NCBI GenBank assembly: GCA_965203445.1
Contig: OZ241883.1
Span: 160,001 to 224,000, forward strand
Length of the DNA: 64,000 bases
Direction: 5' to 3'
DNA from: Candidatus Oxydemutator sp.
Lineage (GTDB): Bacteria; Pseudomonadota; Gammaproteobacteria; Poriferisulfidales; Oxydemutatoraceae
Position numbers and translations under genes: made by a program
The notes under the pieces: generated by a model
What the model saw: only the letters and a program-made list of their open reading frames with translations
Database searches by the model: none
What the model was told of the DNA's origin: nothing
In this document: in pieces, positions 59,440 through 64,000 of the stretch
How positions within the stretch are numbered: the first letter of the stretch is position 1
How the letters are laid out: every line of letters begins with the position of its first letter

Positions 59440-60660
59440 TCACCGTTTGCGGCCGCGCGGGCCGGCGACGGTCACCACCGTCAGGTCGCCGTCGCGGTCG
59501 AGCACCGCGACCTCGCGCCGCCCGGCGACGCGCGGCGGCGCCAGCGGCGACGACGCGACGTCGGTAAACTCGAGCAGCGCGCCGCTGTTGCGCGACAGCC
59601 AGTAGAGGTCGCCGCGCCCGGTGCCGACGACGACCAGCGGCCCCAGGCGCAGCGGCGCGCCCAGGTTGGCCCGCGACAGCCGCTCGTTGACCCACAACTC
59701 GCGCCCGCTGTAGCGATCGTACGCGGCGACGCGGTTGTCGACGGTAACCACGTACACGTTGTCGTCGTCCACCTCCAGCCCGGAGTGCGACGACAGGGGC
59801 ACGCTCCACAGCAACTTGCCGCGCTTTACGTCGACCGCGATCATGCGTCCCTGGTAGGCGACGGCGTAGAAGAAGCCGCCGCGCACGACCATGCGCCCGT
59901 CTATGTCGACGATGCGGTCGAGGTCGCTGGCGCCGGCGCCGATACCGAGTTTCATCCGCTGTACAACGTTGCCGCTTTCGAGGTCGAAGACCAGCAGGCG
60001 CCCGCTGTCGAAACCGACGAACATCAGCTGCTGGTAAAACACCGGCGCGCTCATGCCCTTCAGCGTCAGCGACGGCAGCCGCTCCTGGAAACTCCAGTGC
60101 TTCTCGCCGTCCTCGGCGGCGAGCACGAAAACGCCGCCGTCGGCGGTGCGCACCGCGACGCGCCCGCGATGCACCGCGGAGATTGCGGCCACGTCCTCGC
60201 CGACGTCGCGCCGCCAGACTTCGGCGCCCGAATCCGCGGCCAGCGCGACCACCTCGCCCGCGCCCGTGGCCACCAGCAGCACGCCGTCGCCGCCGCCGAC
60301 GCCGGCGCCGATCGAGACGCCGAGATCGGTGCGCCACAGAAGCTCGCCGTCGGCCGCGGCCAGCGCGGTCACGCGACCTTCGCCGTCGCTGACGTAGATG
60401 CGCCGCTCCTCCACCAGCGGCGACAGCGCCGCGTACTCGTCGCCCGAACCCGCGCCGACGGAACGCGACCACAGCGTCTTGACCACCAGGCGCGAGGGCA
60501 CCTCGGTGACGTAACCGTCGTCCTCGAACCAGCCGTCGAACGCGCCGACGCCGCCGCAGCCGGACACCGACAGCGCGGCGGCGACGAACAACGTCCGCGA
60601 CTTCGCACCCGGCGCGCGCGCGCGCGCGCGCGGACGGCGGCGGCGGCGCCACGCGCTCAT
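59440..60660 (-). CDS. bamB: Outer membrane assembly factor BamB
   Basis: Lipobox VSGC, PQQ-like beta-propeller repeats, located between yfgM and der. Confidence 0.88.
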   Translation of the reverse strand: MSAWRRRRRPRARARAPGAKSRTLFVAAALSVSGCGGVGAFDGWFEDDGYVTEVPSRLVVKTLWSRSVGAGSGDEYAALSPLVEERRIYVSDGEGRVTALAAADGELLWRTDLGVSIGAGVGGGDGVLLVATGAGEVVALAADSGAEVWRRDVGEDVAAISAVHRGRVAVRTADGGVFVLAAEDGEKHWSFQERLPSLTLKGMSAPVFYQQLMFVGFDSGRLLVFDLESGNVVQRMKLGIGAGASDLDRIVDIDGRMVVRGGFFYAVAYQGRMIAVDVKRGKLLWSVPLSSHSGLEVDDDNVYVVTVDNRVAAYDRYSGRELWVNERLSRANLGAPLRLGPLVVVGTGRGDLYWLSRNSGALLEFTDVASSPLAPPRVAGRREVAVLDRDGDLTVVTVAGPRGRKR

Positions 60661-61505
60661 CGCATCATGTTCGGTACGCCGGTGTCGCCGGGAGCTTCGA
60701 CGGGCGCCTGCGGCGTCCTTCCCAACCCGCCCTCGTCGGACGCCGGGGCGCCCAGGGTCTGCAACTTCATCTCGATGAACCCCTGCTGATCCGACAGTTT
60801 CGACAGCGCCTCGCGGTAGGCCTCGATTGCCTGGCCGGGGCGCCGCTGCGCGTTGAGGACGTCGCCGTTGACGTCGCCGACGACGGCGTCGAAACCGCGC
60901 GGAAAATCGTTGTCTATCAGCACGTCGGCGGCTTCCTCGGTGTTGCCCATCTCGAGCAGGACGCGCATCAGCCGCACCAGCGCCAGCGCCTTGAATTCCT
61001 CCTGGTCGGCGTTGTCGGCGGCCCACCGCAGGCGTTGCGCGGCCGCCGCCAGGTCGCCGGCCTCGACGTGCACTCTCGCCAGCGCCAGCGCCGCTAGCAC
61101 CGGATACGGCGTGTCCCCGAAGCCGTCGTGCAAATCGGCGAACAAACGCGCGGCGGCCTCGTGCGCCTCCGATTGCGTGGACGCTCGCGGCGGCGGCGCG
61201 GCGTCCTCATCGTCGGCGTCGGCGGCGAACGACTCCGCCGCGGGCACGGCGTCCTCGACTTGTTCGAGCAACTCGGCGTAGACGCCCGCGGCCTCGCGCA
61301 TCGTCATCTGATGACCGTGTTCCCACACCCGCCAGCCGCCGACCGCGGCCAGGCCGATGACGGCGCTGACGACGAGATACACGCCGTTCTCGTGCCACCA
61401 TAGCTTCAGCGCCTCGAGCGTATCGTCGCCGCCGCCGCCGGCCGCGTCGCGCGGTGGCTTGCCGCGCGGCGCGGCCGGCGGCGCGGCGTTGTTCGGTTTC
61501 GCCAT
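60657..61505 (-). CDS. yfgM: YfgM family TPR membrane protein
   Basis: LKLWWHENG, TM, TPY, TPR helices; follows hisS. Confidence 0.88.
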   Translation of the reverse strand: MAKPNNAAPPAAPRGKPPRDAAGGGGDDTLEALKLWWHENGVYLVVSAVIGLAAVGGWRVWEHGHQMTMREAAGVYAELLEQVEDAVPAAESFAADADDEDAAPPPRASTQSEAHEAAARLFADLHDGFGDTPYPVLAALALARVHVEAGDLAAAAQRLRWAADNADQEEFKALALVRLMRVLLEMGNTEEAADVLIDNDFPRGFDAVVGDVNGDVLNAQRRPGQAIEAYREALSKLSDQQGFIEMKLQTLGAPASDEGGLGRTPQAPVEAPGDTGVPNMMR

Positions 61506-61521
61506 CGTCAATGCACCCGGA

Positions 61522-62799
61522 TCAATGCGCGCGTTCGCGCGCAAAGTGATTCTCTATGCACGACGGCAGTTCGCCCAGCGGCTTTCTCTGCTGCCCGCGG
61601 CCGCCGCGCAGGTCCTTGACGGTCACGACGCCGTCGCGCACCTCGTCGTCGCCGATAATCAGCGCCAGTTTCGAGCGCGATTTGTCGGCGTGGCGCAGCT
61701 GCGCCTTGAGGCTGCCGCCGCCGCAGTGCACCATCAGCCTGAGGCGCGGCATGCGCTCGCGCAACTGCCGCGCCACGCGCAGCGTCTGGCGGCGCGCCGG
61801 CTCGCCGACGGCCACCGCGTAGACGTCGACGTCGCCGCCGTCCGACGCGCGGCGCTCGAGCAGCAGCGCGATGCGCTCCACGCCGAAGGCGCAGCCCACG
61901 GCCGGCGTCGCGCGCCCGCCGAGGCGTTCGACCAGCCCGTCGTAACGCCCGCCGGCGCACACCGCCGACTGCGAACCGCCGTCGGGGACGACCCACTCGA
62001 ACACGGTTTTGGTGTAGTAGTCGAGGCCGCGCACCAGCAACGGGTCCAGCGTGAACGCGACGCCGAGGTCGTCCAGCGCGCGTTGCAGTTCATCGAAATG
62101 GGCGCGCGATTCGGGGTCGAGGTAATCGCTGATCAGGGGCGCGCCGCGCGTCGCTTCGCGCACCGCCGGATCCTTGCTGTCGAGCAGCCTCAGCGGGTTG
62201 TCGCGCAGGCGCAGACGCGCCTCGTCGGTCAGCGCCGAGGCGCGCGTCTCCAGGTGGGCTACCAGTGCCTCGCGGTAGCGCGCGCGCACGTCCTCGGTGC
62301 CGAGCGAGTTCAGCCGGAGTCGCACGTCGCCGACGCCGAGGCGCCGGCGTACGCCGTCGGCCAGCGCGATGACCTCGGCGTCGGCGTCGGCGCCGGCGAC
62401 GCCGAAGACCTCGACGCCGGCCTGATGGAACTGGCGCCGGCGCCCTTTTTGCGGACGCTCGCGGCGAAAGAACGGGCCGGCGTACCACAGGCGACGGCCA
62501 CCGCCCAACAGGCCGTGCTCGATGGCGGCGCGCACGCAGCCGGCGGTGCCCTCGGGGCGCAGCGTCAGCGACTCGCCGTTGCGATCCTCGAAGGTGTACA
62601 TCTCCTTGCGCACGATGTCGCTGGTCTCGCCGATGGAACGCGCGAACAACCCGGTCTTCTCGAGCAGGGGCAGGCGGATTTCCCGGTAGCCGAACGACTC
62701 GAACGTGTCGACGCAGCAGGCCTCGACGCGCCTCAGCAACGCGCTTTCCCCGGGCAGGACGTCGGACATGCCGCGCACCGACCGCACGCAATCGTTCAT
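61522..62799 (-). CDS. hisS: Histidine--tRNA ligase
   Basis: RGMSD, KEMY, LRPEGTA, RERPQKGR, RGLDYY and GGRYD motifs. Confidence 0.98.
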   Translation of the reverse strand: MNDCVRSVRGMSDVLPGESALLRRVEACCVDTFESFGYREIRLPLLEKTGLFARSIGETSDIVRKEMYTFEDRNGESLTLRPEGTAGCVRAAIEHGLLGGGRRLWYAGPFFRRERPQKGRRRQFHQAGVEVFGVAGADADAEVIALADGVRRRLGVGDVRLRLNSLGTEDVRARYREALVAHLETRASALTDEARLRLRDNPLRLLDSKDPAVREATRGAPLISDYLDPESRAHFDELQRALDDLGVAFTLDPLLVRGLDYYTKTVFEWVVPDGGSQSAVCAGGRYDGLVERLGGRATPAVGCAFGVERIALLLERRASDGGDVDVYAVAVGEPARRQTLRVARQLRERMPRLRLMVHCGGGSLKAQLRHADKSRSKLALIIGDDEVRDGVVTVKDLRGGRGQQRKPLGELPSCIENHFARERAH

Positions 62800-63707
62800 C
62801 GCGCCCCCGGAACCTTTTCCAGGTGGAAAAAAGCGGTGTGGTTGAGCGGATGGACGTGCCGCGACAGGTCGTATTCCCGGCCGTCTATCCACAGGCGGAT
62901 GCCGCGCGCGTCGCCCAGCGCGAAGTACAGCGGCAGCGGCAGGCCGTCGAAGCTTCTATCATAGCCGGCGGGAATAATCCTGTGTATGACCACGTCGCGC
63001 GCGCCGTCGTGTATCAGCGCCCAACTGCGCGCGCCGGCGGTGATCTTCATATCCGCATACAGCGCGTCACCGCGGTCGGGCGCGGCCGCCTCCGCCACCG
63101 CGGGCGCCTCCGCCACCGTGGGCGCCTCTTTCTTGGCCGCGGCGGCGCGTTCCCAGGCGCCCGCGTCCGGGGCCTCCGGGGCCTCCGGGACGTCCGGAGC
63201 ATCCGACGTGGCCGGGGCGTCCGGCGTGGCCGGGGCGGTCGCCGCCGCACTGACGCCGTTTGCGGCGGCGTCCACCCGCGCCGCGCCGTCGTGTATCGGC
63301 ACCGTGTCCGACGTGCGTTGCAGTTGCGTCTCGCGCCACCACAAAGAGAGCAGCACGGTCACCACGGCCAGCACCGCGACCGTGCCCCAGACGCGCGTCA
63401 GCCTCTGGACGTGTTCGTTGACCACCGCGTCCTTCGGATGCGCGCCGGGCAGCGAATCGCCGCCCGACGCGGCGCCGCTCTCGTGCAGCGCCAGCACCGG
63501 CGCGGCGTCCACCCCGAGAAACTTGCAGTAGGAACGGATGTAGCCGCGAACGTAGACCGCCTCCGGCAGCTGCTTGTAATCGTCGCGTTCGAGACCCGCA
63601 ATCGTCGCCGCCGACAGGCGCAGCGCGCGCGCGACTTCCGCGACGGAAATCCCGCGCTTCTCCCTCTCGTAACCGAGATATTGCCCCGGCAGCCCCTGTC
63701 CAGCCAT
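62796..63707 (-). CDS. rodZ: RodZ cytoskeleton protein
   Basis: HTH ending in YVRGYIRSYCKFLG, TM, Ala/Pro linker, C-terminal DUF4115-like domain. Confidence 0.88.
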   Translation of the reverse strand: MAGQGLPGQYLGYEREKRGISVAEVARALRLSAATIAGLERDDYKQLPEAVYVRGYIRSYCKFLGVDAAPVLALHESGAASGGDSLPGAHPKDAVVNEHVQRLTRVWGTVAVLAVVTVLLSLWWRETQLQRTSDTVPIHDGAARVDAAANGVSAAATAPATPDAPATSDAPDVPEAPEAPDAGAWERAAAAKKEAPTVAEAPAVAEAAAPDRGDALYADMKITAGARSWALIHDGARDVVIHRIIPAGYDRSFDGLPLPLYFALGDARGIRLWIDGREYDLSRHVHPLNHTAFFHLEKVPGAR

Positions 63708-63768
63708 CTGTCGCCAAGATAAACGTTGCATTATAGCAAGGTGTCCGCACGCCCCCGCCCCCTGCCGA

Positions 63769-64000
63769 TCAATGCGCCTCATCCCAGTTGTCGCCGGCGG
63801 CGACGTCCGCGACCAGCGGCACCGCGAGTTCGGCCGCGCCCTCCATGCACGCGCGACACTGGCGCATCACCGGCTCCACCTGCTCGGCGGCCGCCTCCAG
63901 CACCAGTTCGTCGTGCACCTGCATGATGATCGCGGCGTCGGTGCCGGTGTGCGCGAGCCACCGGTGCAGGCCGATCATCGCGCGCTTGATGACGTCCGCC
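63769..64000 (-). CDS. polA: DNA polymerase I, C-terminal end (partial)
   Basis: ADVIKRAM...MQVHDELVLE...VPLVADVAAGDNWDEAH. Confidence 0.95.
   Translation of the reverse strand, partial: ADVIKRAMIGLHRWLAHTGTDAAIIMQVHDELVLEAAAEQVEPVMRQCRACMEGAAELAVPLVADVAAGDNWDEAH

Noticed and set aside
63080-63250. Short repeats in rodZ
   Set aside because: Ordinary Ala/Pro-rich periplasmic linker of RodZ.

Overview
A 64-kb chromosomal window of a high-GC gammaproteobacterium. The gene content is compatible with a marine host-associated symbiont, but that is inference only. The backbone is housekeeping: maf-yceD-rpmF-plsX-fabH, uvrC-pgsA, four tRNAs, kdsC, rpoN-hpf-ptsN-hprK-rapZ-EIIA-HPr-ptsI, mgtE, tkt-gap-pgk-pyk-fba, degP, nadB, orn, a divergent pilMNOPQ-pilB-like operon, transporters, and rodZ-hisS-yfgM-bamB-der with the polA 3' end. 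Accessory inserts are two methyltransferase/endonuclease pairs, a truncated PIN module, a Fic gene with a 71-bp repeat array, three tandem GT2 glycosyltransferases plus a CgtA-like one, a frameshifted ATPase, and an M12B-type metallopeptidase at the left edge that the ORF track misses. The strongest finding is a 1312-bp transposase-less element (14463-15774). It carries one catalytically intact tnpB, yet it is bounded by 24-bp terminal inverted repeats and an 8-bp target-site duplication, which is DDE-type (IS1595-like) end architecture rather than IS200/IS605 or IS607 architecture. It sits inside a decayed IS481-like fragment within a rearranged tRNA-Gly/Cys/Leu locus. All calls come from manual reading and motif recognition; no searches were run.
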